DNA of 49,234 bases from assembly GCA_033762915.1 (NCBI GenBank), contig JANRLD010000059.1, forward strand, positions 1 to 49,234. The letters are read 5' to 3'. Below the pieces are notes generated by a model. It had not been told where the DNA came from, made no database searches, and was given only the letters and a program-made list of their open reading frames with translations. Within the stretch, counting starts at the first letter, position 1; the number at the start of each line of letters is the position of its first letter. The position numbers and the translations under genes were made by a program. Origin of the DNA: Meiothermus sp. (GTDB lineage: Bacteria; Deinococcota; Deinococci; Deinococcales; Thermaceae). Shown one piece after another: positions 1 to 9,242 of the stretch.

Positions 1-175
1 GCCAGGGCTGGGTGTTGCCGTGGGTGGGCGCGTAGTTGGCGCTCTCGAGCATCAGTTCGATAAACGCGCGGGGGATGGGGGAGGGGTCGTAGTTGATCTG
101 CTTGATGCTGCGCCGGGTGCGGATGCTCTCGAGAAGTTGTAGGGTGGCTTGGGGAACCTCGACTTGCGTGTTCAC
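1..175 (-). CDS. Nitroreductase family protein (partial; 3' end outside window)
   Basis: Manual translation from GTG at 175: VNTQVEVPQATLQLLESIRTRRSIK...ELMLESANYAPTHGNTQPW. The RRSI and APT..NTQPW motifs are typical of nitroreductases. Confidence 0.85.
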   Translation of the reverse strand, partial: MNTQVEVPQATLQLLESIRTRRSIKQINYDPSPIPRAFIELMLESANYAPTHGNTQPW

Positions 176-217
176 CCCGCCAGCTTACAGCGGGTTGCGG
201 GTCGTGTACCGTGCATG

Positions 218-256
218 AAAAAAACCCGCCCCGGCGGAACAGCTCGAGGCGGGTCG
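218..256 (-). terminator. Rho-independent terminator after the YbaN-like gene
   Basis: On the minus strand, ACCCGCCTCG...CGGGGCGGGT stem followed by T7. Confidence 0.65.
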
Positions 257-287
257 TAGTGGCCGTTTTGTTCGTCCAGCCCCCCGC

Positions 288-710
288 CTACTTCGCCTCT
301 GCCGCCTGACGCTCGGCCAGCACGATCTCCTTGGTGGGGACGCGGCTATGGATGTACCAGAAGCCCAGCAGGCCCACCCCGATCACCAGCAGCTTAACCC
401 AGACCACCGGGATCAGGAAGATGGCGCTGGTGAGGGCAAAAAAGCTCAGCATGCACAGGGCCAAGACCTTGGCCCGGCGCGGCATCCCCAGCCCTGAGCG
501 GTAGTCGCGCACCAGCGGCCCCACCTTGGGCAGGTTCAAGACCCAGTTGAGGAAGCGCTGGCTGCTGCGGGAGAAGAAATAGGCCGCCAGGATGAAGAAG
601 ACCGTCGAAGGCATCCCCGGCACCACCGTGCCGATAAAGCCCAACGCCACGAACAGAAAGCCCAGCAGCAGCCAGATCGGACGCAGGGGGTCTATAGGCG
701 GTCTTTCCAT
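288..710 (-). CDS. YbaN (DUF454) family inner-membrane protein
   Basis: LGFIGTVVPGMPSTVFFILAAYFFSRSS...W..LPKVGPLVRDY..GMPRRAK signature. Confidence 0.9.
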   Translation of the reverse strand: MERPPIDPLRPIWLLLGFLFVALGFIGTVVPGMPSTVFFILAAYFFSRSSQRFLNWVLNLPKVGPLVRDYRSGLGMPRRAKVLALCMLSFFALTSAIFLIPVVWVKLLVIGVGLLGFWYIHSRVPTKEIVLAERQAAEAK

Positions 711-819
711 AAGTTCTCCACAGTATGCCAGAAAACGCAGCAGGATAAATGTACTTTATTGCATTTCCGACCATTACCTCCCTCGCGGCGCAGGTAAGTC
801 TTATTGCGTTTACCACCAC

Positions 820-919
820 TACTCCGCCCACGATGCCGCGCTAAAGCGTGCGGTAAAGCGGAATATTGCACTCGGTACGGCAAAATGCGCCGTACCGAGT
901 GTTCGTGGGAACCGCTCTA
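820..919. mobile_element. Small MITE-like element, family B (copy 1), with internal 13-bp hairpin
   Basis: Ends TACTCCGCCCACG and TTCGTGGGAACCGCTCTA. Hairpin CACTCGGTACGGC/GCCGTACCGAGTG at 869-901. An inverted homolog lies at 38316-38392. Confidence 0.65.
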
Positions 920-962
920 ATGCTCGAGGTTACGGCTCACCGTTGCCCGCCGTTCCCGAGCG

Positions 963-1946
963 TCACAGCAGGCCCGCCTCGCGCAACAGCCGCAGCGCTG
1001 TCTCGAGCGGCAGCTTCTCGAAGTCCACCCTGGGGCTCTTGGCGATGGCCTCCTGCAGCGGCAGCAGGTTGGCGGTACTCACAATGCCCCGGATCACCGG
1101 GTACTCGATGATCTCGCTGGTGAAGTACTGTTGGGCCTTGTTGCCCAGCAGCCAAAGCAGGAAGCGGTTGGCGGCCGCGCTGTTCTTGGAGGTGCGCAGG
1201 ATGCCCGCGCCGGTCACCAGGGCCAGGCTGCCGGTGTCGCCGTCGTCGAAGTAGTAGGTGCCGATCTGCTGCCCGGCCCGCACGAAGCGCTGGATGTAGT
1301 AGTGGTTGGTGGAGCCCAGGTCAATCTCCCCGGCCCGGATGGCCTCCATCATGGCGGGGTTGGAGGGGTAGCTCTTGGGTTCGAGCTTCTTCATGTCCTC
1401 GAGCCAGGCCTTGGTCCGGGCCTCGCCGTGCATCAGCACCATCGCCGCGATCATGTCCTGGAAGCTGCTGTAGGTGGGCGTCCAGCCGATGCGGCCCCTG
1501 TACTGGGTCAGCTTGGGCATGTCCATGATGCTCTTGGGCAACCCCTCGGGCTTGACCCGGGCGGGGTTAAACGCCACCACCCGCAGCCGCACCGTGAGGG
1601 GGACCCAGCTGCGGCTGGCGGGCACGAAGGCGGTGGCCCTGCCGGTTAGGCTGGCCCCCAGCGGTACCAGCAGGCGGCGCTCGGCGGCCACCCCCAGCGC
1701 TCCGGCGGTGTTGCCCCAGAAAATGTCGGCGGGGCTGCGGCTGCCCTCTTCCTGCAGGGCCGCCAGCATCTCGGCGTCGCGCCCATAGCGCACCGCGACC
1801 CGGATGCCGGTCTCGTCCTGGAATTGCTTGACCAGCGGCTCCACCAGCCCCTGCCCCCGGCCGGTGTACACGGTCAGGCTCTGCTGCGCCTGGACGACGG
1901 CCCCGAGGCCCAGCGCGAAAACGATCAGAACTTGCCTTAGCGTCAT
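963..1946 (-). CDS. Fe(III) ABC transporter substrate-binding protein (FbpA/FutA-like)
   Basis: Signal peptide; LTVYTGR, EEGSRSPADIF, GEIDLGSTNHYY and AQQYF..EYP motifs. Confidence 0.9.
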   Translation of the reverse strand: MTLRQVLIVFALGLGAVVQAQQSLTVYTGRGQGLVEPLVKQFQDETGIRVAVRYGRDAEMLAALQEEGSRSPADIFWGNTAGALGVAAERRLLVPLGASLTGRATAFVPASRSWVPLTVRLRVVAFNPARVKPEGLPKSIMDMPKLTQYRGRIGWTPTYSSFQDMIAAMVLMHGEARTKAWLEDMKKLEPKSYPSNPAMMEAIRAGEIDLGSTNHYYIQRFVRAGQQIGTYYFDDGDTGSLALVTGAGILRTSKNSAAANRFLLWLLGNKAQQYFTSEIIEYPVIRGIVSTANLLPLQEAIAKSPRVDFEKLPLETALRLLREAGLL

Positions 1947-1989
1947 TCCGTCTCTCCTTAGGTGTCGGCCACATAGAGGCGACAGGCGA

Positions 1990-2019
1990 AGTGTAGAGGA
2001 CAGCGGTGAGGAAAGTCAA
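1990..2019 (-). promoter_or_regulatory. Sigma-A promoter of the iron-binding protein gene
   Basis: TTGACT (2019-2014), 18-bp spacer, TACACT (1995-1990). Confidence 0.65.
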
Positions 2020-2044
2020 GTAATCCGGTCGGATTTATATAGAT

Positions 2045-2064
2045 TGAAAACAGTAATCATTACT
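2045..2064. promoter_or_regulatory. Fur-box-like site
   Basis: TGAAAACAGTAATCA (10/14 match to the 7-1-7 Fur box) overlaps the perfect 6-1-6 palindrome AGTAAT-C-ATTACT, upstream of an iron-uptake gene. Confidence 0.55.
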
Positions 2065-2382
2065 TAAGCGGGTTTTGGCCCCGGTATCGGCAGGGTTGAG
2101 CTGCGGAATGTCGTACCGAAACCCCCGGAGATAATCGTGCCAGGCGGGTGCTGCCGCCCTCACCGGTTCGGCACATCTGCCCCCGCGCATTCAATCCAGC
2201 AGGACCCTCTAGGCCCAGCCCCGTCCCGCCTTGCGCGTGCGGGCAACAGCACGGGCTGTAGGGTGCGCCGCACCAGAGGCCCAGCCGTGCGGGCTAGGTC
2301 GAACCGTTCGACCTCGGCCCAAACTCTCGAGCCTTTGAGGCAGTACAAATGTCCCGCACGGCTTCTGGGCTACACTCTAGGG

Positions 2383-2826
2383 GTGAGTCGCTTCTTCACC
2401 CCGACAGTGCTCCGGGCCATTGGGCAGATTCTTGCGGTGTCCTACCCGCTGCTGGCGCTTTCGGCGGGGGTTCGGGCGGTGTATCAGCTCTTCTTTAAGC
2501 CAGGCGTGACCGACTACTTTCCATCCGCCCTTTCGGCGGTGGCGGCCGGCCTGTACCTCGTGGCGGCCGTGGCTTTCGTGGTCCGCCGGCCCTGGGCCTG
2601 GTGGACTTCGGTGGTGGTGTTGGCCCTCGAGACCGCAGGGGTCCTGATCGTCGGCACCTTGAGCCTGGTCGCGCCTGAGGTGATCGGGCGGACGGTCTGG
2701 CACGACTTCGGCGTCGACTACGCCTTCCTGCCCCTGATCCAGCCGGTCCTGGGCCTGGTCTGGCTGTTTTGGCCGGAAAACCGGCGGACGTATTTCGGGC
2801 CCGACCTGCGGCCCCGAGCCGATTAA
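2383..2826 (+). CDS. Hypothetical membrane protein (about 4 TM segments)
   Basis: Hydrophobic ORF; GTG at 2383 just after TACACT (2371-2376). Confidence 0.75.
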   Translation: MSRFFTPTVLRAIGQILAVSYPLLALSAGVRAVYQLFFKPGVTDYFPSALSAVAAGLYLVAAVAFVVRRPWAWWTSVVVLALETAGVLIVGTLSLVAPEVIGRTVWHDFGVDYAFLPLIQPVLGLVWLFWPENRRTYFGPDLRPRAD

Positions 2827-2874
2827 GTGTCTCCACGGTCAAACTGCGAAACGCCCGCAGATTCACCCTGGCGC

Positions 2875-3714
2875 TTAGCCCTGAACCACCTTTTGGGTCT
2901 GCTCGCCCAACCCGTCAATGCCCAGCCGGATGGTCTGCCCCTCGCGCAGGTAGACCGGCTTGGGCTTTTGACCCAGCCCCACCCCGGCGGGCGTGCCCGT
3001 GCTGATGATGTCCCCCGGCTGCAAGCTCATGAAGTGCGAGACGTAGCTGACGATGTGGGCCACCCCGAAGATCATGTTGCGGGTGTTGCCGTCCTGGTAG
3101 CGCTTGCCGTCCACCTCGAGCCACATCCCCAGGCCCTGCACGTCCTTAACTTCGTCCCGTGTCACCAGCCAGGGGCCGATCGGTCCGAAGGTGTCGCAGC
3201 CCTTGCCTTTGTCCCACTGCCCGCCGCGCTCCATCTGGAACTCGCGCTCGGACAGGTCGTTGACCACGCAGTAGCCCGCCACGTACTTCAGGGCGTCGGC
3301 CTCGGAGACGTACCGGGCCTCCCGCCCGATCACCACTCCAAGCTCCACCTCCCAGTCGGTCTTGGTTGAGCCCCTGGGGATCTGCACCTTGTCGTTGGGC
3401 CCGGTGATTGCGCTGGTGGCCTTGAGAAAGATCACCGGCTCCTTGGGGTAGGCGGCCCCGGCCTCGTCGGCGTGGTCGCGGTAGTTGAGCCCGATGCACA
3501 CGAACTTGCCCACCCCGCCCACACAGGCCCCGATGCGGGGTTTGCCGCCCACGATGGGAAGGGTCTCGAGCTGGACCTTCTTAAGCTCGCTGAGCCGGGC
3601 GAGGCTATTGGGGTTGAGGTCTTCGATCACCCCCGACAGGTCGCGGATGTTCCCGTGTCGGTCGAGCACTGCCGGTTTTTCCTGGCCTTTCTTTCCGTAG
3701 CGAAGTAGCTTCAT
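2875..3714 (-). CDS. Fumarylacetoacetate hydrolase family protein (putative 2,4-diketo-3-deoxy-L-fuconate hydrolase)
   Basis: MKLLRYG start; CIGLNY, DWEVELGVVIG, NDLSER, GQWDKGK and GDIISTGTP motifs; last gene of the operon. Confidence 0.9.
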   Translation of the reverse strand: MKLLRYGKKGQEKPAVLDRHGNIRDLSGVIEDLNPNSLARLSELKKVQLETLPIVGGKPRIGACVGGVGKFVCIGLNYRDHADEAGAAYPKEPVIFLKATSAITGPNDKVQIPRGSTKTDWEVELGVVIGREARYVSEADALKYVAGYCVVNDLSEREFQMERGGQWDKGKGCDTFGPIGPWLVTRDEVKDVQGLGMWLEVDGKRYQDGNTRNMIFGVAHIVSYVSHFMSLQPGDIISTGTPAGVGLGQKPKPVYLREGQTIRLGIDGLGEQTQKVVQG

Positions 3715-3802
3715 GGTTGCTCCCGTTGGTCGTGTTAACGTTCGGAGGCCGAGGGGCGAGGTTCGTAGGGCAAGCTGGCGGAGGGCCGAGGCACACCCCC
3801 GC

Positions 3803-4543
3803 CTAAATGCTCCACCCTCCGTCGATGATGTGCGTCTGCCCGGTCGTGAAGGCCGACTCGTCGCCGGCCAGGTAGACGGCCAGGGCGGCAATCTCCTCGG
3901 CCCGGCCCACCCGACCCATCGGCTGGCGGGTCACGAAGGCGTTGCGGCTGTCCTCCTCGCTGATACCCGCGCCCTTGGCCTGCGAGACCACCCGCCCGCG
4001 CCAGCTCGGCGAGTCCACCGTGCCGGGGCAGATGGCATTGCAGCGAATCCCTTTGGTCACAAAGTCGGCGGCCACGGCCTTGGTCATCCCGATCACGGCG
4101 GCCTTGGTGGCCCCGTAAACGAAACGGTTGGGGGCGCCCTTGATGCTGCTGGCCACGCTCGAGACGTTGATGATCGAACCGCCCCCCGCCTCCAGCATCT
4201 TCGGGATAACTGCCCGCATCATCCAGAACTGCGAGCGCACGTTGAGGTCGAAACTGAAGGCCCAGTCGGCGTCTGAGCAGTCCAGGATTGAGCCGTGGTG
4301 GACGAAGCCCGCGCAGTTGAACAGGACGTCGACCCGCTCCAGCGTGCCTACCAGCGCCTCGATCGCGGCCCTGTCCGTCACGTCGAGTTGGTGCGTGCGG
4401 CAGTCTAGCCCGGCCAGCAAGTCCGCGTTGAGGTCCGTGGCGATCACGCGCGCGCCCTCGGCCAGGAAGGCCTCGGCCGTGGCCCGTCCGATGCCCTGCC
4501 CGGCGGCGGTGAGCAGGGCGGTCTTGCCCTCGAGGCGCCTCAC
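3803..4543 (-). CDS. SDR oxidoreductase (putative 2-keto-3-deoxy-L-fuconate dehydrogenase)
   Basis: [12 protein letters not shown] and YGATK motifs; GTG start overlaps the upstream stop (GTGA). Confidence 0.88.
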   Translation of the reverse strand: MRRLEGKTALLTAAGQGIGRATAEAFLAEGARVIATDLNADLLAGLDCRTHQLDVTDRAAIEALVGTLERVDVLFNCAGFVHHGSILDCSDADWAFSFDLNVRSQFWMMRAVIPKMLEAGGGSIINVSSVASSIKGAPNRFVYGATKAAVIGMTKAVAADFVTKGIRCNAICPGTVDSPSWRGRVVSQAKGAGISEEDSRNAFVTRQPMGRVGRAEEIAALAVYLAGDESAFTTGQTHIIDGGWSI

Positions 4544-5838
4544 GCCTGCCTCCACTCGCTGCCCTCGGGGAAGCGGTAGTCGCGCCTGGAGTCGGCCCTC
4601 ATCTCGATGCTGTAGCCGGGCCTCTGCGGCGGCATGTAGCGCCCGTTTTGTACCACGCAGGGATCGAGGAAGTGCTCGTGGAGGTGGTCGACATACTCGG
4701 CCACGCGGTTCTCGAGGCCCCCGCTCACCGCGATGTAGTCGAAGAGCGAGAGGTGCTGCACGTACTCGCACAGCCCCACCCCGCCAGCGTGCGGGCAGAC
4801 CGGCACCCCGAACTTGGCGCACATCAGCATCACCGCCAGGTTCTCGTTGACCCCGCCCATGCGGGCCGCGTCGATCTGGCAGAAGTCGATGGCCTTGGCC
4901 TGGAGGAGTTGCTTGAACAGCATCCGGTTCTGCCCCATCTCGCCGGTCGCCACCCCGATGCCCAGCGGCCGTACCGCCTGGGCCACGGCGGCGTGACCAA
5001 GGATGTCGTCGGGGTAGGTCGGCTCTTCGATCCACAGCGGCTTGAAGGGGGCCAGGTGCCGCATCCATTCGATCGCCTGCGGTACGTCCCAGACCTGGTT
5101 GGCGTCCACCATCAGGAAGTTGTCCGGCCCCAGCTCCTCGCGAATGATGGCGCAGCGGCGCAGGTCGTCGGCGAGGTCGCGCCCGACCTTAATCTTGATG
5201 TGGCGGAAGCCCTGCGCCAGCGCCTCCCGGCACAGCCGCCGAATCTTCTCGTCCGGGTAGCCGAGCCAGCCCGCGCTGGTGGTGTAGGCGGGATAACCCT
5301 GCGCCAGCATCTCGGCCTCGCGCTCGTGTTTGGTCGGCTCGAGCCGCCGCAGAATTCCCGCCGCCTCCTCTGGCGTCAGGGCGTCGGTGATGTAGCGGAA
5401 GTCCACGCAGCGCACCAGCTCCTCGGGCGACAGGTCGACCAGCAGCTTCCACAGCGGCTTGCCCTCGGCCTTGGCCCACAGGTCCCACACCGCGTTGATG
5501 ACAGCGGCAGTGGCAAGGTGCATCACCCCCTTCTCGGGGCCGATCCAGCGCAGCTGGGAGTCGCCCGTTACCCGCCGGTAGAACTTGCCCATGTCGGCGG
5601 TGAACTCAAAGAGGTCTCGGCCTACCAAAGTCGGCCCCAGCGCCTCCGCCGCCTTGCATACGATGTCGTTGCCCCGCCCGATGGTGAAGGTGAGGCCGTG
5701 CCCCTCGAGGCCGCCGTCCGTGTGCAGCACCACGTAGGCCGCCGAGTAGTCGGGGTCGGGATTCATGGCGTCGGAGCCGTCGAGCTGACGGGAGGTGGGA
5801 AAGCGGATGTCTTGGACTTCGAGCTTGGTGATGTTCAA
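4540..5838 (-). CDS. fucD: L-fuconate dehydratase (enolase superfamily)
   Basis: [44 protein letters not shown] and [11 protein letters not shown] motifs; TTG start with AGGAG RBS. Confidence 0.92.
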   Translation of the reverse strand: MNITKLEVQDIRFPTSRQLDGSDAMNPDPDYSAAYVVLHTDGGLEGHGLTFTIGRGNDIVCKAAEALGPTLVGRDLFEFTADMGKFYRRVTGDSQLRWIGPEKGVMHLATAAVINAVWDLWAKAEGKPLWKLLVDLSPEELVRCVDFRYITDALTPEEAAGILRRLEPTKHEREAEMLAQGYPAYTTSAGWLGYPDEKIRRLCREALAQGFRHIKIKVGRDLADDLRRCAIIREELGPDNFLMVDANQVWDVPQAIEWMRHLAPFKPLWIEEPTYPDDILGHAAVAQAVRPLGIGVATGEMGQNRMLFKQLLQAKAIDFCQIDAARMGGVNENLAVMLMCAKFGVPVCPHAGGVGLCEYVQHLSLFDYIAVSGGLENRVAEYVDHLHEHFLDPCVVQNGRYMPPQRPGYSIEMRADSRRDYRFPEGSEWRQA

Positions 5839-5902
5839 ACGGACTCCTTTTTTTTAGGTGAAGGGGCGTAGAGCCCAATCGCTAAGCCGCAACTGCTAAT
5901 TG

Positions 5903-6727
5903 CTATTCCAGTCGGTAGGCCCGGCGGGCATTCTGCCAGCCGGTCTGCGCATCCAGGCCGACCAGCTCCTCGAACAGCGCCTTCACCTGAGCGTACTCCG
6001 CCGCCAGCAGGCACACCGGCCAGTCCGAGCCGAAGAGCAGGCGGTCGCGCCCGAAGCAGCCCAGCACGTGCTCGACAAAGGGCCTGAAGTCTTGGGGCCG
6101 CCAGTCTTTCCAGTCGGCCTCGGTGACCAGGCCCGAGACCTTGCAGAACATGTTGGGGGACTGGGCCAGTTCGGCGATCTGCCCGGCCCAGCCCTCGAGC
6201 TTCCCCGCGGCGATGGGCGGCTTGGCGATGTGGTCGAGTACGAAGCGGAGGCGCGGAAACTCGCGCACGGTTCGCACCGCAGCCTCGAGCTGGTGCGGCA
6301 ACACCAGCAGGTCGTAGGCCAGGCCGTGCTCGGCCACAACCTCCAGCCCCCGCCGGACATCCCCGCGCAGCAGCCACTGCGGGTCGGGCTCGTCTTGCAC
6401 CTGGTGGCGAAGGCCGACCAGTTTGTCCCCGCCCGGCGCGGCCCTGAGGGTCTCGAGCTGAGCCCCCAGCTGGTTGGAGGTCAGGTCGGCCCAGGCCACC
6501 ACGCCCGCCAGAAACGGGTGTTGGTGCGCGAGGGCCAGGAATTCCAGCGACTCCTCGAGGCTGCTGCGGGTCTGGACCAGGATGGCCGAAGTCATCCCGC
6601 TGGTGCGCAGCAGCGGGGCCAGGTCTTCGGGTAGGAAAGGCCGGTTGATCGGGGCCAGGGCGGGATCGGCCAGCCAGGGGTAGTTCACCCGGCGGGGATC
6701 TATGAAGTGCACGTGGCTGTCAATCAT
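5903..6727 (-). CDS. Amidohydrolase family protein (putative L-fucono-1,5-lactonase)
   Basis: MIDSHVH, LDHIAKP, CKVSGL and FGSDWPV motifs; operon context. Confidence 0.88.
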   Translation of the reverse strand: MIDSHVHFIDPRRVNYPWLADPALAPINRPFLPEDLAPLLRTSGMTSAILVQTRSSLEESLEFLALAHQHPFLAGVVAWADLTSNQLGAQLETLRAAPGGDKLVGLRHQVQDEPDPQWLLRGDVRRGLEVVAEHGLAYDLLVLPHQLEAAVRTVREFPRLRFVLDHIAKPPIAAGKLEGWAGQIAELAQSPNMFCKVSGLVTEADWKDWRPQDFRPFVEHVLGCFGRDRLLFGSDWPVCLLAAEYAQVKALFEELVGLDAQTGWQNARRAYRLE

Positions 6728-7739
6728 GGGGGGCCTCGGCCGGGGTGGGGACAGAGGGCTCGAGCAGCCCCTCTTCGCGCAGGGCCTGCCAGAACTCGGG
6801 CGGGATGGGGGCGCGGAAGGCAGCGAGGTTCTGCTCGAGCTGGCCCACATCGCGCGCCGCCGTCAGCACCGAGGCCACGGCAGGGTGGGCCAGCGGGAAC
6901 TGGATCGCCGCCGCCTTGAGGTCGAGGCCAAACCGCCGGCAGACCGCCTGGATGCCCAGGGCACGCCGGAGGACTTCGGGGGAGGCCTCGAGGTAGTTGT
7001 AATGCGCCCCCGGCTTGGGGTCGGCCAGCAGGCCGCTGTTGTAGACCCCGCCCACCACCACCCCGATTCCGTGCTGGGCGCAGTAGTCCATAAAGGGCAT
7101 CGAGGTCTGCTCGAGCAGCGTGTAGCGTCCGGCCAGCAAAAACAGGTCGAACTCCCCGGCCTGGGCGAACTCGAGGGGCATCTCCCACTGGTTCATCCCC
7201 GCACCGATCGCCTTCACCAGGCCCTGCTCGCGCAGCTCATGCAGCGCCCGGTAGCCGCCCTCCATCACCTCCCTGACGCTGCGGCCCGTCACATCGGGGT
7301 CGTGGATGAAGAGAATGTCGATCTTGTCCACGCCCAGGCGCTGCAGGCTCTCCTCGAACGAGCGCATGAAGCCGTCGTAGCTGTAGTCGTAGGCCACGTT
7401 GTAGGGGGTGGTGGTCTTGAAGACCGGCAGCCCGTCGGTGTAGAGCTGGCTGGGGTGCGGGGGGATGCCTTCCCTCAGCAGCCGCCCCACCTTGCTCGAG
7501 AGCACCCAGCCGTCGAGTTGCCGTAGAAACTCCCCCAGCCTCAGCTCGGACAGCCCGAACCCGTACCAGGGTGCGGTGTCGAAGTAGCGAACGCCCGCCT
7601 GCCAAGCCCGCTCGAAAACCGCAGTCGACTCGGCCTGGCCTACTTGCTGAAACAGCCCGCCTTGCGTCGCAGCCCCGAAACCCAGACGGCTCAGCCGGAG
7701 GCCGCAGGGCAGAAGGGTGGGTTGGCTTGGCTCGGGCAT
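6720..7739 (-). CDS. Aldo/keto reductase (putative L-fucose / D-threo-aldose 1-dehydrogenase)
   Basis: YFDTAPWYGFGLSE, SSKVGRLL, DYSYDG, IHDPD and LLAGRYTLLEQ motifs. Confidence 0.88.
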   Translation of the reverse strand: MPEPSQPTLLPCGLRLSRLGFGAATQGGLFQQVGQAESTAVFERAWQAGVRYFDTAPWYGFGLSELRLGEFLRQLDGWVLSSKVGRLLREGIPPHPSQLYTDGLPVFKTTTPYNVAYDYSYDGFMRSFEESLQRLGVDKIDILFIHDPDVTGRSVREVMEGGYRALHELREQGLVKAIGAGMNQWEMPLEFAQAGEFDLFLLAGRYTLLEQTSMPFMDYCAQHGIGVVVGGVYNSGLLADPKPGAHYNYLEASPEVLRRALGIQAVCRRFGLDLKAAAIQFPLAHPAVASVLTAARDVGQLEQNLAAFRAPIPPEFWQALREEGLLEPSVPTPAEAPHD

Positions 7740-7772
7740 CGCCGGTCTCGAGGGCTCCTGAGGTGCGTGACC

Positions 7773-7811
7773 ATAGTACCGGGCGAGGTCGGTGGGCTGC
7801 AATCGTATGCA
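7773..7811 (-). promoter_or_regulatory. Operon promoter with overlapping LacI-family operator
   Basis: TTGCAG-N18-TACTAT on the minus strand. TGCAATCGTATGCA (7798-7811) fits TGnAAnCGnTTnCA with one mismatch and covers the -35. Confidence 0.6.
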
Positions 7812-7990
7812 ATTGCAGAAATCCCGCACTCCGCGGTGGACTTTAACCCCTGCGCTCTAAAGACCTCGGGGCCGAAACTCTTTCCCCGCCGCGTTTTGGG
7901 GCTGCGGTGCTGGGGAATCGGCTTGCCAACCGCCGTATGGGGGCCTGCATAGCTCAACCGCGGGACGTCGCCCGTTGGCCCCCGGGTCTT

Positions 7991-9121
7991 TTACAGCTGC
8001 ACCACGCTCGAGGTCTTGTGGCTCTTTAGGGCCGCCGTGAAGAGCCTGTGGCTGAACGCCGCCTCCTCCGGTGTGCCGCAGCGGAACCTTGGCTCGTTGC
8101 CGGCCAGCTCGTCGCAGAAGGCCGCCCACATCTGGAGGATGGCGTCGGGGAAGCCGAACTCGAAGATGCCGCCGGTGATGCCGGGGTAGGCGGTCTCGTA
8201 GCCAAGATCGGCCTCGAGCCAGGCCTGGGGCTGGCCGGGCGTGTAGGGCAGGGTGCGCAGCGTCTTGGGGCGCTTGGTGCTGAACTCGGCGCTGAGCTTG
8301 GTGCCCATCACCCGGACGAACCAGGTGTTGGTCTCCGAGGGCGCGATGCGCTTCATGGAGAGGGTCATGGGGAAGGTGTAGTCGTCCTTGCGCACGGAAG
8401 TCAGCAGGGTCGCATTGTCCCAGGTCTCGCAGGGCACCAGGCCGCCCTTGCCATCCGGGCGCTCGGAGACGATGTTGGAGAGCACGGCCCGCACGTCCTG
8501 CGGAACCCAGCCCAGCCTCGAGGGCAGATGGGTCACGTGGAAGCCCAGGTCCCCCATCACCCCGTACTCGCCATTAACAGCGACCATCCGCTTCCAGTTG
8601 ATGGGCTTGGCGGGGTCGAGGTCGGAGGAGTGCCAGAACCCGGCCTCCACCTCGATGATGCGCCCGAAACGTTCTTCCTGGGCCAGCCGGACGATCTTCT
8701 GCACCGCGGGGAAGAAGGGGAACTCGCTCGAGCAGCGCACCAGCACGCCGGGGTTTGCGGCGATGGCGGCGTTGATGCGGGCGTTGGCCTCGAGGTCGAT
8801 GCCAAAGGGCTTCTCGCCGAACAGATGCTTGCCCGCGCCGATGATGTCGGCGTAGAGCTGGGCGTGCAGGTTGTGCGGCACGGCGCAGTAGACCGCGTCT
8901 ACCTCGGGGTTGGAGAGCAGCTCCTGGTAGTCGGTCGTGGCCTGCCGGACGCTCGGGAAGTGCTCGCCGAACCACTCCATTAGCTTGGGGTTGGTGTCGC
9001 ATACCGCCACGATCACCGGCCTGACCCCCATCCCGTTCAGGTGCATCCACCTGGCCGCCGCCGACCCGAACTCGCGCCCCATCAGCCCGCACCCGATGAC
9101 GCCGAAGCGCAGGGTCTTCAT
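7991..9121 (-). CDS. Gfo/Idh/MocA family oxidoreductase
   Basis: GVIGCGLMG, HLFGEKP and GVMGDLGFH motifs. Confidence 0.9.
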   Translation of the reverse strand: MKTLRFGVIGCGLMGREFGSAAARWMHLNGMGVRPVIVAVCDTNPKLMEWFGEHFPSVRQATTDYQELLSNPEVDAVYCAVPHNLHAQLYADIIGAGKHLFGEKPFGIDLEANARINAAIAANPGVLVRCSSEFPFFPAVQKIVRLAQEERFGRIIEVEAGFWHSSDLDPAKPINWKRMVAVNGEYGVMGDLGFHVTHLPSRLGWVPQDVRAVLSNIVSERPDGKGGLVPCETWDNATLLTSVRKDDYTFPMTLSMKRIAPSETNTWFVRVMGTKLSAEFSTKRPKTLRTLPYTPGQPQAWLEADLGYETAYPGITGGIFEFGFPDAILQMWAAFCDELAGNEPRFRCGTPEEAAFSHRLFTAALKSHKTSSVVQL

Positions 9122-9242
9122 GGGAGCCTCCAGGGGAGTTGGGGGCCCAGGGCCGGAGGTTGGCAGACGAGGGTTGCGGGGGGCAGCTCGAGGGTGAAAG
9201 CTCGAGTCTGGCGGCGGATGGCAGACGGCGGGCAGTCCATCT

